64,000 bases of DNA from Squalus acanthias (GCA_030390025.1 CM059432.1:50532001-50596000); one strand, 5' to 3'; positions 12,920-26,244 are shown, counted from the stretch's first letter. A program made the numbers and translations. The notes: generated from the letters alone by a model not told the origin.

Positions 12920-13995
12920 AAGGTTAAGAGCACGTGGAGTCAGGGGACAAGTAGCAGAATGGATAGCAAGTTGGCTACAAAACAGAAAACAGAGAGTAGG
13001 GGTTAAGGGGAGCTACTCAGACTGGTAAAAGGTGGGAAGTGGTGTTTCACTGCGATCGGTGCAGGGACCACTGTTTTTCACAATCACATAGACGATTTGG
13101 ACTCGGGAATCGGAAGTACAATTTCAAAATTTGCGCACGACACCAAATTGGGAGGTACAGTTAATACTGAGGAAGAATGTGACAAAATACAAGAATACAT
13201 TAACAAACTTGCAGAATGGGCGTGTGATTGAATTTCAATATAGATAAGTGTGAGGTGGTGCATTTTGGTAGGAAGAATAAGGAGACCACATACTGATTGG
13301 GTAATAAAGATCTAAATGGGGTAGAGGAGCAAAGGGATCTAGGGGTACAGATACACAAATCACTAAAAGTAACGACACAGGTTAATAAGGCCATAAAAAA
13401 AGCAAAACAAGCCCTGGGGTTCATTTATAGAGGGCTGGAATTGAAAAGCAGAGAAGCTAAGTTAAACTTGTAAAGAACCTTGGTTAGACCACACTTGGAG
13501 TACTGTGCACAGTTCTAGTCTCCATATTATAAAAAGGATAAAGAAGCACTGGAGAAGATGCAAAAAAGATTCACAAGGTTGATACCAAAACTGAGAAGAT
13601 ATACTTATCAGGAAAGGTTAGGGCTCTTTTCTTTACAAAAGGGAAGGCTGAGGGGTGGCCTGATAGAGGTCTTTAAGATTATGAAAGGTTTTTATAGGGT
13701 AAACATAGAGGTCATAAATATAAGTTAGTCACTAATAAATCCAATAGGGAATTCAGGAGAAGCTTCTCTACCCAGAGTGGTAAGAACATGCCACAAGGAT
13801 TAGTTAAAGCGAATAGGATAGATGCATTTAAGGGGAAGCTAGATAAACACATGAGGGAGAAAGGACTCGAGGGATATGCTGATAGGGTTAGATGAAGAGG
13901 GGTGGAAGGAGGCTGATGTGGAGCATAAATGGCGGCATAGACCAGTTGGATCAAATGGTCGGTTTCTGTGCTGTAAACTCTATGTAAATCTATGT
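12920..13995 (+). mobile_element. CR1 LINE 3' fragment
   Basis: Closely similar to 10275-11370. Confidence 0.9.
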
Positions 13996-14094
13996 AATTA
14001 TTTGAACAGCTCCTTGGCAGCAAAATTGTGCATCACATGGTATAATCCTCCTGCAGCATATCCTGCATTTATTATGGGAGATTCGCTCATTAAT

Positions 14095-14344
14095 TAGAGT
14101 TGCCAACACTGGTTGGAGTTTTTAATCACATGATCTCCCGCCTCCATCCACCTCGCCCACTCAATCCTTGTTTCCCCATCTCCAATACCTTTATAGCTAG
14201 TAAACAGAAACATTGAAAGAAAATGGGAAAAAAACTTTTTTTTAATGCCCTTATATTTCTCCCAGGTTGCTCGCAGCAGCGTCCAGGAGATTAATCTTTA
14301 ATTCCTGGAAAATCCAGGGCAATTCTGGAGGGTTGGCAACCATA
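14095..14344. mobile_element. hAT-superfamily MITE
   Basis: TIRs TAGAGTTGCCAAC / GTTGGCAACCATA with a perfect 8-bp TSD TCATTAAT (14087-14094, 14345-14352). Confidence 0.85.
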
Positions 14345-14511
14345 TCATTAATGCATCTTTTTCTCAATATAATACTACTCCTTAGAGTGGGAGGCATCCG
14401 CTCCCATACCACCCTTTCACTTTAGGCAGAGTTTAGCAGTTAACAACAAATCAGCAGCCGCCTCCCAGGTTCGCTGAACCCTGCAGGGCACACGGTGAAT
14501 TAAGTCGCACG

Positions 14512-14594
14512 ATACGATAGCAAAATACTGCAGATGCTGGAAATCCGAAATAACAACAGAAAACGCTGGAAAAACTCAGCAGGCCAGGCAGCAT
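14512..14594 (-). mobile_element. 83-bp Penelope terminal fragment with 14-bp TSD
   Basis: Near-identical (reverse complement) to 29969-30016; flanked by AATTAAGTCGCACG at 14498-14511 and 14595-14608. Confidence 0.85.
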
Positions 14595-14619
14595 AATTAA
14601 GTCGCACGTCGCCCAACGC

Positions 14620-14722
14620 GCTGTTTGCAGAGCTGCCGTCGGCGACGTGGTGACGCAGCAGGGTGGGAGAAGCAGGAGGTGATCGCAGGAGCTCAGCGAG
14701 TGGTGGCTACTTGTTTCCAGCA
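14620..14722 (+). other. SNX16: Putative non-coding first exon (5' UTR) of SNX16; start approximate
   Basis: Strong donor CA|GTAAGT at 14723 inside the CpG island; the ATG-bearing exon has its own acceptor (ttttgtag ending 17676), so an upstream exon is implied. Confidence 0.6.
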
Positions 14723-15574
14723 GTAAGTGCAATGGGGTTCGGTACTCCCCTCCCGTCTGTGACTGCAAGAGGGGGGTGTCGCGGCTGGCTGGCCGACCGG
14801 CCCGCCAATGCAATGCTTTGCTCTGGAGCTTGTGCTGGTGCTGCAGGCTCAGCGCGTGACCCTGTTTGTTTCACGCCAGCTGCTTCTCTCTGTTCTCAGC
14901 GCTCCCGCGCGGTGCGGCTCCCGGGCGACGTTCTGAGGAGCGAGCCGGGCTCCCGGGCGACATTCTGAGGAGCGAGCTGGGGGGTCACTCACTGCAGCGA
15001 GTCGCGGCCCGAGGCGGTCACATGAAGCGAGCTCTGCTTGTTGACCCAAACGCGTTGGTAAACTCGCGCGAATGAGTTGGAGGTTGGTTGGGAAAATCTC
15101 GTTCTACTTTGCTTGAGGGAATTGGTCCGCCTATCGCTGGGCTCCATTACTGTAGAATTGCATCGAAATACGGATATAATCCTGGGAAATGTCCAGTGTT
15201 GTATGTTAAATTAAATCCTTGAATGCACTACGTAGGTGGCTTAACTTCATGTAAACTCTTTTAATGCAGCGGTTCTACTTGTACTGCAAGTTAACGTCCA
15301 TAGTTTTACACGCTTGTGAATTAAATGAACAAGCCCATTTACAGTCGGATTTCTTGCTTTCTCTCCCGTGAGTAGTTCGATTTGTGTTTTCCCCCGTGCT
15401 GTGACTTAACTAAAGCTTTAGGGTTTTGATAAAATGGCGTGTATGCGTGTATTTATGCAGCTGTGTACGGGGGTAATGTAGGTGGTTGAGGTGATGGCTC
15501 AGCCAAGAGCTTGTCTGCTGGATGAGAAAATGCACTTTGGTGTAAGCCATCTATTAGGGTGTTAACCTTTGCTA

Positions 15575-16360
15575 GTCGGTAGCACTCTCGCCTCTGAGTC
15601 AGAAGGTTGTCGGTTCAAGTCCCACTCCAGGGACTGGAGTACATAATCTAAGTTGACACTTCAGTGTTGCACTGTCGGAGGTGCCATCTTTCAAATGAGC
15701 CGTTAAACAGAGGCCCAGTCTGCCCTGGTAAGTAGATCTCTCTGTGGTCTCACCCCTCCCTATCTTTGTAATCTCCTCCAGCCCTACATCCCTCTGAGGT
15801 CTCTGCACTCCTCCAATTCTGGCCTCTTGTGCATCTCCGATTTCCATTGTCCCACCATTGTTGGCTGTGCTTTCAGCTGCCTGGACCCTAGGTTCTGGAA
15901 TTCCCTCCCTAAACCTATCTTCCCCTCTTTCCTTTTAAGATGCTCCTTAAAACCAACTTCTTTGACCAAGCTTTTGGTCACCCATCCTAATATCTCTGTG
16001 ACTTGGTGTCAAATTTTTGTTTAATAATGCTCATGTGAAGTGCCTTGGGGTGGGTTACTATGTTAAAGGCGCTATATAAATGCAAGTTGTTGATATTAAA
16101 AGATCCTATGCCACTATTTTGAAGAAGAGCAGGGGAGTTCTCCCTGGTACCCGAGCTAATATTTATCCCTCAACCAACATCACTAAAACAAATTATCTGG
16201 TCATTATCTCATTGCTGCTTGTGGGATTTTGCTGTGTACAAATTGGCTGCCGCATTTCCTAAATTACAAAAGTGACTACGCTTCAAAAGTACGTAATTTG
16301 CTGCATAGTACTTTGGGATGTCATGAGGTTGCAAAAGGCATTATATAAATGCAAGTTCTT
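15575..16360 (+). mobile_element. SacSINE1-like tRNA-derived SINE interrupted by an L2 3' fragment (~15735-16092)
   Basis: tRNA head with B-box GGTTCAAGTCC, Deu-domain-like body, ctatataaatgcaag tail shared with the nested L2. Confidence 0.8.
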
Positions 16361-16929
16361 TCTATCTTTAACTGAAAAGAACTGGGTTTGATGTTTAGTC
16401 TGGTGAGTTACCTGATCTCCACTTGGGGGATAGGTGTGGTCTATGACTGGCTTTTGCTAGGGAGAAGCAAATTGTCCAGAATTCCTGCATCTATTGGAAA
16501 GTATGTGAAATTTGGATAAGTCATGGTCCTGCCTTGCTGTGATGGGGAGCATGGTTAAATAACCCATGATGCTCATTGCACAGATTCATATATGAAAAAT
16601 GGCTATTTGGCAAGTTACTGGAAGGCCACCTGTGAAACTGTATCCTTGTGTGAATGGTCTTCAGAAAAGGAGGTGGGGGAGTGACTGCAAAAAGTGGATT
16701 GGACTATTAATGCTACAGTGAAAATTATTGCATGTCATGTGACTTCTCTGGTGTGGTCCATTATCACTTGGAACCGTATCCCTTCCTTAGTGCGTTGCTG
16801 TTTGTGTACAAGTTTGTTCATGACAATTAGAGATTGAGTACAGATGCATGTGCATTAATTCAGTCACCACTTTTGTGAACTACAATACCTGTTTTACTGT
16901 TGACACATCACAAGCTGGACAACCAATCC

Positions 16930-16951
16930 TCTCTCTCTCTCTCTCTCTCTC
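16930..16951. repeat. (CT)n microsatellite
   Basis: Visible directly in the sequence. Confidence 0.9.
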
Positions 16952-17744
16952 ACATAATTTAGCTGTTTCTTCAATGAGTCAACTGTCCTGATTTAAACCA
17001 CCATTCCCAGTAAGTTATTGCAGCAATGTAATGCTCTTTATGTAATACTTCCTGGCATCTGTTCTATACTTGCACTTTACAATCTTGAACATTTGCCTCC
17101 TTGTCCTGCTCAGGTGTACCAAAACGTACTGTTTCAGATTTACCTTTCTATTCTGTTAAGTATCATATACTTCTGTACCCTCTGAAACATTGCTTTTTGA
17201 GGCTGAAAGGCCCTGTATGTTCCTTATAGCTCATCTGTCTAATGCCAGGGATCAGTATAATGCTTGCTTCTGCACCACCTCTAGCATTAGTTAGAGTAAA
17301 AAGTTTATTCTTGTTCCTATATCTAAAATGACAAAATACAATTTTTTAATCCTAAGTATTTACCTTTTATTGAAAATGGTTATATTTGGATGGACAGTGG
17401 TAACTTAGTAATGAGTTCTTTCAGGTCTCTGAAATTAATACTGTTTCAGTATATTCTGTTTCCCTTTTGGGTGCTTTGTTGTAATGTTTCACATATAAAA
17501 AATTAATTTCAGTTATGAATCATTCAAGTTAAAATTGGCTGTAGCTTAATCTTTATTATGACTATATAACTTTTAATGTAAGGAACTTCTCTGCACACTT
17601 CCAAGTTAGTCACCAGCATGTACATTTTTATGTGGTTCTGAAATTGAATTGTTAATTTTTCTTCTTGATTTTGTAGTTTGTGAGAGGCAAACTTGATTTG
17701 CCCCCTCTTATGCCTGGCAGGGAGAAACTGATTCCAGCAGAAGG

Positions 17745-18125
17745 ATGACCACTTCATTTGTCCCTGTACCCATACCTGTAGGGAATTCCTCTTCCGGAAC
17801 AGCTGCAAGTCGAAGTCGGAGGAGTTCTTCACTTCAGTCTTTGGACAGTGTATCCACCAGTTCAAATTCATCAAAAGGTCAAGTAGGCGATTTGCATTCT
17901 GGTGGATTTAGAAAGACAGTTACCACTGAGCACCTAGCTTCCACAAACTTGACACATAATAGTCCTTTACTAAGAACTAAACTCAATGGTGCAAACTCAT
18001 CTATTGAATACTCTTCCAAACCTGTGGACTCTGAGAAAGAGACTGAATCAGCAATCTGGGAAGAGAGGCCTGCTACGCCTACTATGTTGGGATATGAAGT
18101 TATGGAAGAAAGAGCAAAATTTACA
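17745..18125 (+). CDS. SNX16: Sorting nexin-16, coding exon 1 (exon starts 17677; 127 aa, Ser-rich N-terminus and start of PX domain)
   Basis: MTTSFVPVPIPVGNS...SVSTSSNSSKGQ...SSIEYS...WEERPATPTMLGYEVMEERAKFT matches the vertebrate SNX16 N-terminus as I recall it; donor GTAAGC at 18126. Confidence 0.96.
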
Positions 18126-19569
18126 GTAAGCTACATTTGACTTTTGTATGTGTACTGATTTTATAAATATCCTTGTTGCAACTGTCGCTGTGTACTTGGT
18201 GAAATAAGTGGTTCAGTTCATTTGAAACTTAACCTTTAATATCCCATTTAGTTTTGGGCGTTGGATTTACTGGGTTACTGTTGTCCCTTTTCCTGCTGAC
18301 TCGTAAAACCTGCTTGTTTTGTTTTTTTGCTATAGAGTGGCTTCAAAAGTAATTACCATTGATCTGATTTCCTCCAATTGGTTGTTCATACGCAGCAGTT
18401 CCCCAGGGCTCCCCACCTACCTTGACCTGTAAGCGAGACGGATCAAAGAAATAGTAACTGAAAATACTCCTGCGTGCACAGGCAGGACGGACACTTGTGC
18501 AGCTGTCTATTTCCAATTTTTTCTGATTGCCCATGGTTGGTATGGAAAACCATCGCATTAAAGGATGAGCCAAGTATAGGGAGTTGGGGGCAGCAACTTT
18601 TTTTGAAAGAGATTTGTGTGTTGACGTGTTTCTGTCTTCTCGGGATTCTGAATTTTCAGGCCTTGAACCAATGGTTGCGAGGAGTGCAGGCTAATTTGGC
18701 ATTTGGACATTTGCAAGGGTTAATTTACAAACTTAACACTGCCATTGCCTATGTAAACAGTGACTACACTTCAAAAGAACTAATTAGCTGTGAAACACTT
18801 TGGGAGGTCCTGAGGACATGAAAGGTGCTATAGAAATACATATGTTTGTTTTCTTCTGTCTCTGAGAGAAAAGGCAGAAACTGCAAATCACTTTGAAACC
18901 TAACCCTGTTGTCTCACTTTATACTATAAAGTTGCCTCTGGTGGCACAAATACTACTGTATAAGTTGCCTGGCACACTTGCTGTTAGAGGAACTCCTGAG
19001 ACAAGGTTTTCACTTGTAGCCATCAACTGAAAATGCCTATAGTGGCAAAATAAGTGTAATGCATGGCAGAATGCGGCTTGGCTTGGGTCCCCCAAATAGT
19101 GTCTGACGGTGGGCAGGCTGAACTGTTAATCAGACCTTTCCTAGTCACACTGTGCAGTAACATTAGTTACATTTGAGGCTGAAGAAATTGCACATTTGGA
19201 AATCTCATGCTTGCACAGTTTCCCCTATCTTTGCTTAATTCACTCTCCTGTATAAATTGTACATGTTCTACAAACCAAAATAATTACTTCTACAAAACTG
19301 ACACATCTAGGGAGCTACACAAGTACATTTTTGAGAGATTTATGTGTGTGGAGGGAAATCTTGTGAGAATTAGATCACACATTTTCATTTGAATAAGTAT
19401 TGTAATGCTTGCCAATGTTGCCCTCAGCAGAAATTGCTGTTTCCTTATGTTGGTTTAGAAGATAAAATCCTAAGTGCAAGAATTAGTATAAAGTGAATAA
19501 TGTGTTTGCCTTTCATTCTACTTGTAAGGCAGACTGGTCTAGACCTCAATTTGACTTTATAATAAGAGT

Positions 19570-19918
19570 TACATAGAAACATAGAAGATAGGAGCAGGAG
19601 TAGGCCATTCGGCCCCTCGAGCCTGCTCCGCCATTTGATGAGATCATGGCTGATCATCCAAACTCAGTACCCTGTACCTGCCTTCTCCCCATATCCCTTG
19701 ATACCTTTAGCTTTAAGACATATATCTAACTCATTCTTGAATATATTTAATGACTTGGCCTCAACTACCTTCTGTGGTAGAGAATTCCACAGGTTCACCA
19801 CTCTCTGGGTGAAGAAATTCCTCCTCATCTCAGTCCTAAATGGTTTACCCGTTATTCTTAGATTATGACCCCTGGTTCTGGACTCTCCGACCATCGGGAA
19901 CATTCTTCCTGCATCTAG
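19570..19918 (-). mobile_element. CR1 3' end fragment
   Basis: ORF 19664-19903 (RNFFTQRVVNLWNSLP) and CR1 tail. Confidence 0.9.
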
Positions 19919-20149
19919 CCTTTTTCATGGAATAGAAATAGTCTGAAACATTTACAGGTTGTGTGGTTTTTATTTGAGCAGTTTGGGAGGTGCCCTTTTT
20001 GAATAAATTGAGCAAAATAATTATTCAGAGTAAGTTTCGAGCTCCAAATGATTTGCATTAATGGCCTCTGACTGTAAAAGGTAAAACACAAAGTGTTAAC
20101 TTGATGGATATGTTTTGGCAAATAGCAAGAATAGAAATATAGACTACTT

Positions 20150-22462
20150 TGTGAGGTATGTCGACGGAACCTACTAGGGAATTGGCTATTTTAGATCTAG
20201 TATTGTGCAGTGACACGGTTAATTAATAACCCTGTAGTAAAGGAGCCTCTGGGGAGCAGTGATCATAATATGATAGAATTTTATGTTGAGTTTGAGAGTG
20301 ATTTAGTTAAGTCTGAAACTAGGGTCCTAAATCTGAACAAAGCAAATAGGTATGAGAGGTGAGTTGGCTAAGGTAGGTTGGGAAACTAGGTTAAAAGATA
20401 TGACAGTAGAAAATCATTGGCAAACATTTAAAGAAATAATTCATAATTTGCAGCGAATATACATTCCCTTAAGGAATAAAAACACCATGGGGAAAAATGG
20501 TCCATCTGTGGCTAACGAGAAATTAAAGATAGTATTAGATTAAAGGAAGAGGCCCATAATGTTGCCAAAAAGAGCAGTAAGCCTGAGGATTGGAGGATTT
20601 TAGAATTCAGCAAAGGAGGACCAAGAAATTGATAAAGAAACGGAAAATAGAATGAGAGTAAACTCGCGAGAGACCTAAAAACAGACTAAAAGCTTCTATA
20701 GGTATGTAAAAAGGAAAAGATTAGCTAAAGTAAACGTGGATCCTTTACAGGCTGAGACAGAAGAAATTATACTGGGGAATAAGGAAATGGCAGAGAAATT
20801 AAACAAATACTTTGTATCTGTCTTCACGGAAGAAGACGCAAAAAACATTCTGGAAATAGTGGAGAACCAAGGGTCTAGTGAGAATGAGTAACTGAAAGAA
20901 ATTAGTATTAGTAAGGAAATAGTACTGGATGGGACTGAAAGCCGATAAATCTCCAGGATCTGATGGCCTACATCCGAGGGTTTTAAAAGAGGTGGCTATA
21001 GAGATAGTGGATGTATTGCTTATCATCTTCCAAAATTCCATAGATTCTGGAACGGTTCCTGCGGACTGGAAGGTAACAAATGTAACCCCACTATTTAAGA
21101 AAGGAGGGAGAGAGAAAACTGGGAACTACAGACCAGATAGCCTGACATCAGTAGTAGGAAAAATGCTAGAATCTATTATTAAGGACGTGGTAACAGGGCA
21201 CTTAGAAAGTAATAATAGGATTGGGCAGAGTCAACATGGATTTATGAAAGGGAAATCGTGTTTGACAAATCTGTTAAGAGTGTTTTGAGGTTGTAACTAG
21301 CAGGATAGATAAGGGGGAACCAGTGGATGCAGTATACAGTATTTGGATTTTCAGAAGGCATTCAATAAGGTGCCACACAAGAGGTTATTAAACAAAATTA
21401 GGGCTCATGGGATTGGGGGTAATATGCTAGCATGGATTAAGGATTGGTAAACAGAGTAGAAATAAATGGGTAATTTTCAGGTTGGCAGGCTGTAACTAGT
21501 AGGGTACCGCAAGGATCAGTGCTTGGGCCTCAGCTATTCACAATCTATCAATGATTTGTATGAGTGGACCAAATGTAATAGCGAGTGGGCAAGAACATGA
21601 CAAATGGAATATAATGTGGAGAAATGTGAAGCTGTTCACTTTGGTAGGAAAAATAGAAAAGCAGTGTATTTTTTAAATGGTCCGAGAGATTGGGAAATGT
21701 TGGTGTTCAGAGGGACCTGGGTGTCCTTGTACATGAATTGCTGAAAGTTAATATGCAGGTACAGCAAGCAATTAGGAAAGCAAATGGTATGTTGGCCTTT
21801 ATTACAAAAGGATTTGAGTATAAGAGTAAAGACGTCTTACTGCAATTATATAGGGCCTTGGTGAGACCACACCTGGAGTATTGTGTACAGTTTTGGTCTC
21901 CTTACCTAAGGAAGGATATACTTGCCATAGAGGGAATACATTAAAGGTTCACCAGACTGATTCCTGGGATTGGGGGGGGATTGTCCTATGAGGAGAGATT
22001 GAGTAGACTAGGCCTATATTTCTCTAGAGTTTAGAAGAATGAGAGGTGATCTCATTGAAACATACAAAATTCTTGCAGGGCTTAACAGGGTAGATGTTGG
22101 GAGGATGTTTCCCCTGGCTGGGGAGTCTAGAACCAGGGTTCACCGTCGCAGAATAAGGGATCGGCCATTTAGAACTGAGATGAGGAGAAATTTCTTCACT
22201 GAGGGTGGTGAATCTTTGGAATTCTCTACCCTAGAGGGCTGTGGAGGCTCAGTGGTTGAGTATATTCAAGACAGAGATCGATAGATTTTTGAATATTAAG
22301 GGAATCAAGGGATATGGGGATAGATTTTTGAATATTAAGGGAATAAGGGATATGGGGATAGTGCAGGAAAGTTACGATGAGGTAGAAGATCAGCCATGAT
22401 ATTGAATGGCGGAGCAGGCATGACGGGCCAAATGGCCTAGTCCTGCTCCTATTTTTTATGCT
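20150..22462 (+). mobile_element. CR1 LINE, decayed ORF2
   Basis: ORFs 20929-21288, 21690-21944 and 22039-22284; CR1 3' tail; ~38-bp tandem duplication near 22281-22360. Confidence 0.92.
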
Positions 22463-23439
22463 CTTCTCGAGTCTCTATCTGTTGCTAGTGAAGCTTTTTA
22501 ATTGGTTTTAACTTTACTGTTGGTGCTTTTCTTTCTGCAAAAATACAGTGTAACTTCAATTATCTAAAACAATCCAGCAGATAATGGAAATAGGCAGGTA
22601 ATCGAGACTCCCCTTATACTTAGTCTGGTTTATTTAGATTAGGTGACCAAGTTCCTATTACGTGCAGATAAGACCCACTTTTTATTTTAAAAAGCGATTC
22701 TTGAAATAAATGCTAGTATCCTGGGCTGAAAATTATGACCTGTGCTTGTCTCTTCTATTGAAGAGTTGCTTTAATCATAAATTCTACAGGTAGAGATAAC
22801 TAATTCTATTGGATCAAGAAATTAATCCGTTTTGCAAAAAAAAACGATCACAATTCTCAGTTGCAATGTAGCTGGCTAATGCAAAAGTAAGTCCCTGTTC
22901 GCACTAGTTCTTGCAAGTAATGTGAATGCAAATAATCAAAGTTCTTTTGTATCCACTTTGTTTTCCATGCATTTCGGGTGATAGTTGGGTAGATCTGTGA
23001 AGTATATGCATTTTAGTCTGTATCTATGCAAGATAAACTAGACTGAGTGAAGTTTACTATCCTAGAATTTAGCTTTCGAGAGAGCTTCCTAGTTTTGTTT
23101 CCCATTATAGTATTCCTTTATCTTTGTCCTATTGCTTTGATTCATATTGTACTGTTTATTAAATAAACTTTAGTATGTGTGTGTGATAAGAGATTTAAAT
23201 GTCTGATCTAATTATTTATGATAACATACGTGTATGTTTGGCTCTGTGAAATTTAAACTAATACTCTTGTTCCCAAAAAGAAAATTCCTGATCAATATTA
23301 ATCGGTAGAATTTATAACTCCAATACATTATTTTCCGCAGTGGTTTGTGTTGGGTCTACTCTTTTTGCTATATACATAACCGGTTGAGAACACGACCGAA
23401 ATTTGTTGATGCCAAATGTTTTTGGGGGGGCGGGTGGTG

Positions 23440-23905
23440 GTAAGGAGAGTGTTGCAGAAAATTGTGAAAGACTGCAGGAGGATAATAGGATAACGGGGTA
23501 GGCAGATAGGTGACAGATGGAGTTTGCTGTAGAAAAATGTGACGTAATATATTTTGAAAGTAAGAATGCAGAAAGGAAATACACCTTTAAATGGTAAGAT
23601 TGTAAATGAAGGAGAGGGACCTTGATGTGTAGAAACATGGGTCATTAAAAGTACAAAGGCAAACCGAATCCTTGGTTTTGATTCTAGAGGCATAGAATAC
23701 AAAAGCAAGGAGGTAATACTGATTTTGTACAAGACCTTAAGTTGCAGCTGGAGTATTGTGGGCAGGTTTGGGAACCCCATTATAGGAAAGATACAAAAGC
23801 AATGGAAAAGGTGCAGTGTACATTCATTAGGTTGTTAACAAAGTATTAAGGGTTACATTTTATGAAGAGAAACTTCAAAAGCTATTTTTTTTTCATTAGA
23901 GTTCA
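23440..23905 (+). mobile_element. Old CR1 fragment (resumes at ~25296 after a younger nested CR1)
   Basis: Degenerate CR1 ORF2 C-terminal sequence; continuation gaggttaagcagtgacc...ttcaagattatgaaa at 25296-25600. Confidence 0.65.
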
Positions 23906-23909
23906 AGTA

Positions 23910-25295
23910 GGGTTGTAGGGATAAACCAGGGAATTACAGGCCAATGAGCCTAACATCAGTGGTAGGGAAATTATTGGAAAAAATTCTGAGGACAGAATTA
24001 GTCTCCACTTGGAGAGGCAGGAATTAATCAAGGATAGTCAGCATGGCTTTGTCAGGGGGAGATCATGTCTAACCAATTTGATTGAATTTTTCGAGGGGGT
24101 GACTAGGTGTGTGGATGAGGGTAGTGCAGTTGATGTAGTCTACATGGACTTCAGTAAGGCTTTTGTCAAAATCCCACATGGGAGACTGGTCAAGAAGGTA
24201 AGAGCCCATGGGATCCAGGGCAATTTGGCACATTGCCTCCTGCCACTAAGCCATTTTGGATCCAGAGGGTGATGGTCGAAAGTTGTTTTTGTGACTGGAA
24301 GCCTGTGTCCAGTGGTGTACCGCAGGGATCGGTGCTGGGTCCTTTTGCTGTTTGTAGTGTACATTAATGATTTAGATATGAATGTAGGAGGTATGATCAG
24401 TAAGTTCGCAGATGACACGAAAATTGGTGGAGTGGTAAATAGGGAGGAGGGAAGCCTCAGGCTACAGGACGATATAGACGGATTGGTTAGATGGGCAGAA
24501 CAGTGGCAACTGGAATTTAACCCTGAAAAGTGTGAGGTGATTCATTTTGGGAGGACTAACAAGGCAAGGGAATACACAATGAATGGTAGGACCTTAGGAA
24601 GGACAGAGGATCAGAGGGACCTTGGTGTGCATGCACATAGATCCCTGAAGGCAGCAGGACGGGTTGATAAGGTGGTTAAAAAGGCATATGGGATACTTGC
24701 CTTCATTAGCCGAGGCATAGAATATAAGAGCAAGAAGGTTATGATGGAGCTGTACAAAACGCTAGTTAGGCCACAGCTGGAATACTGTGTGCAGTTCAGG
24801 TTGCCACACTATAGGAAGGATGTGACTGCATTGGAGAGGGTGCAGAGGAGATTCACCAGGATGTTACCTGGGCTGGAGGGCTTCAGCTATGAAGAGAGAC
24901 TGGACAGGCTGGGGTTGTTTTCCTTAGAGCAGAGAAGGCTGAGGGGGGACCTGATTGAGGTGTACAAAATTATGAGGGGCATAGATAGGGTAGACAGAAA
25001 GGAACTTTTCCCCTTCGTAGAGGGGTCAATAACCAGGGGGCATAGTTTGAAGGTGAGGGGATTTGAGGAAAAACTTTTTCACCCAGAGGGTGGTTGGAAT
25101 CTGGAACTCACTGCCTGAAAGGGTGGTAGAGGCAGGAACCCTCAACATTCAAGAAGCATTTAGATGAGCACTTGAAATGCCATAGCATACAAGGCTACGG
25201 ACCAAGTGCTGGAAAATGGGATTAGAATAGACAGGGCATGATGGCCGGCGCGGACACGATGGGCCGAAGGGCCTCTTTCTGTGCTGTATAACTCT
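23910..25295 (+). mobile_element. Young 5'-truncated CR1 LINE (RT domain)
   Basis: ORFs 24009-24272 and 24291-25118 (SKFADDTKIGG); highly similar to 38100-39505. Confidence 0.93.
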
Positions 25296-26244
25296 GAGGT
25301 TAAGCAGTGACCCAATCAAGGCCTTCAAGATTATGAAAGAGTTTGATAAAGTGATGGATTATTTCTACTGGTTAGTGAGACTAACGAGGGCACAAGGACA
25401 AAAGGGAGGGTTAGAAAAGAATCTGCCACAAACTCTTGTTTAAGCAGACTCCATAAATTAGTTTAAAAGAGAATGAGATATTTGCTAGAAAAAGGGGACT
25501 TTTGAAGGTTGAAGGGAATGAGACGAGAAGGTGGGTGCAGAAAAACACCAGCGCAGACCTGATCTGCCCAGCAGCCTGTTTCTGTGTAATATTCTATGAT
25601 TCTGTATCTCCTTTTATTTGTAGCGCTCCAATTAAAATTGATTTTTTACTCAACTCTAAAAATAAGTGTGGTTGAGATCTAACATCTTTCGGAAAGTAAG
25701 GGAACTAGGTAGCAATGTCGCTGTGCAGATGTATCCTGTTATGTAAATCATTTTTGGTCACCGTTACTAATAAAAGTATTTAATCTGAACATTAAAGCTT
25801 TAATGCCCCAGCAACCACACTGTAGGTTTGTAGTTCTAGATTTTTAGTCTTTGGTTTTAATTTCAGTAGAAGAAATGGTTTTAATTTCAGTAGAAGAAAT
25901 CGTACATGTTTTCAGATACCAAAGTTGCATGTTAACTTGATATGGGTGTTGTGCTGCTAATTCCTACCTTTTTTGATTTGGAGATGACAGAAGTGGAGAA
26001 GCCACTTTGGTACATTTGAATAATAGAGGATAAAAATCAGGACTTCAAAACTGCTTAAAGCAATTTGAGAAACTTTAACTTTAGAAAAGTTTTTTCACTT
26101 AAAAGTTAGTAATATGTACAGGCAGAATAATGTCTATGTGGCTTCAATAATAGTGTAAGATATATATTTTAATTGCACTTTATCAATGTGTAGATTTTAT
26201 TCTCTCTCGAATTGTATGAATGTATGGTTTTTAACAACAGCAAC

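Larger units (their letters stand above)
14450..15140 (+). promoter_or_regulatory. CpG island / putative SNX16 promoter
   Basis: Conspicuously CpG-dense, GC-rich stretch in an otherwise CpG-poor window, ~3 kb upstream of the first SNX16 coding exon; half-CRE-like TGACGCA at 14651-14657. Confidence 0.75.

Noticed and set aside
14451..15075. GC-rich ORFs in the CpG island
   Set aside because: Expected by chance at high GC; no recognisable homology.
15575..15640. tRNA genes (also at 4320-4410 and 48100-48173)
   Set aside because: A/B boxes are present but they are SINE or LINE heads continuing into repeat bodies, with no complete cloverleaf.
18126..18140. ORF-track extension VSYI* and a similar readthrough at 52992-53213
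   Set aside because: These are intronic readthrough past GT donors; homology continues in the next exons.
25853..25900. 24-bp tandem duplication (similar 20-bp one at ~43586-43628)
   Set aside because: Only two units each; ordinary slippage duplications.
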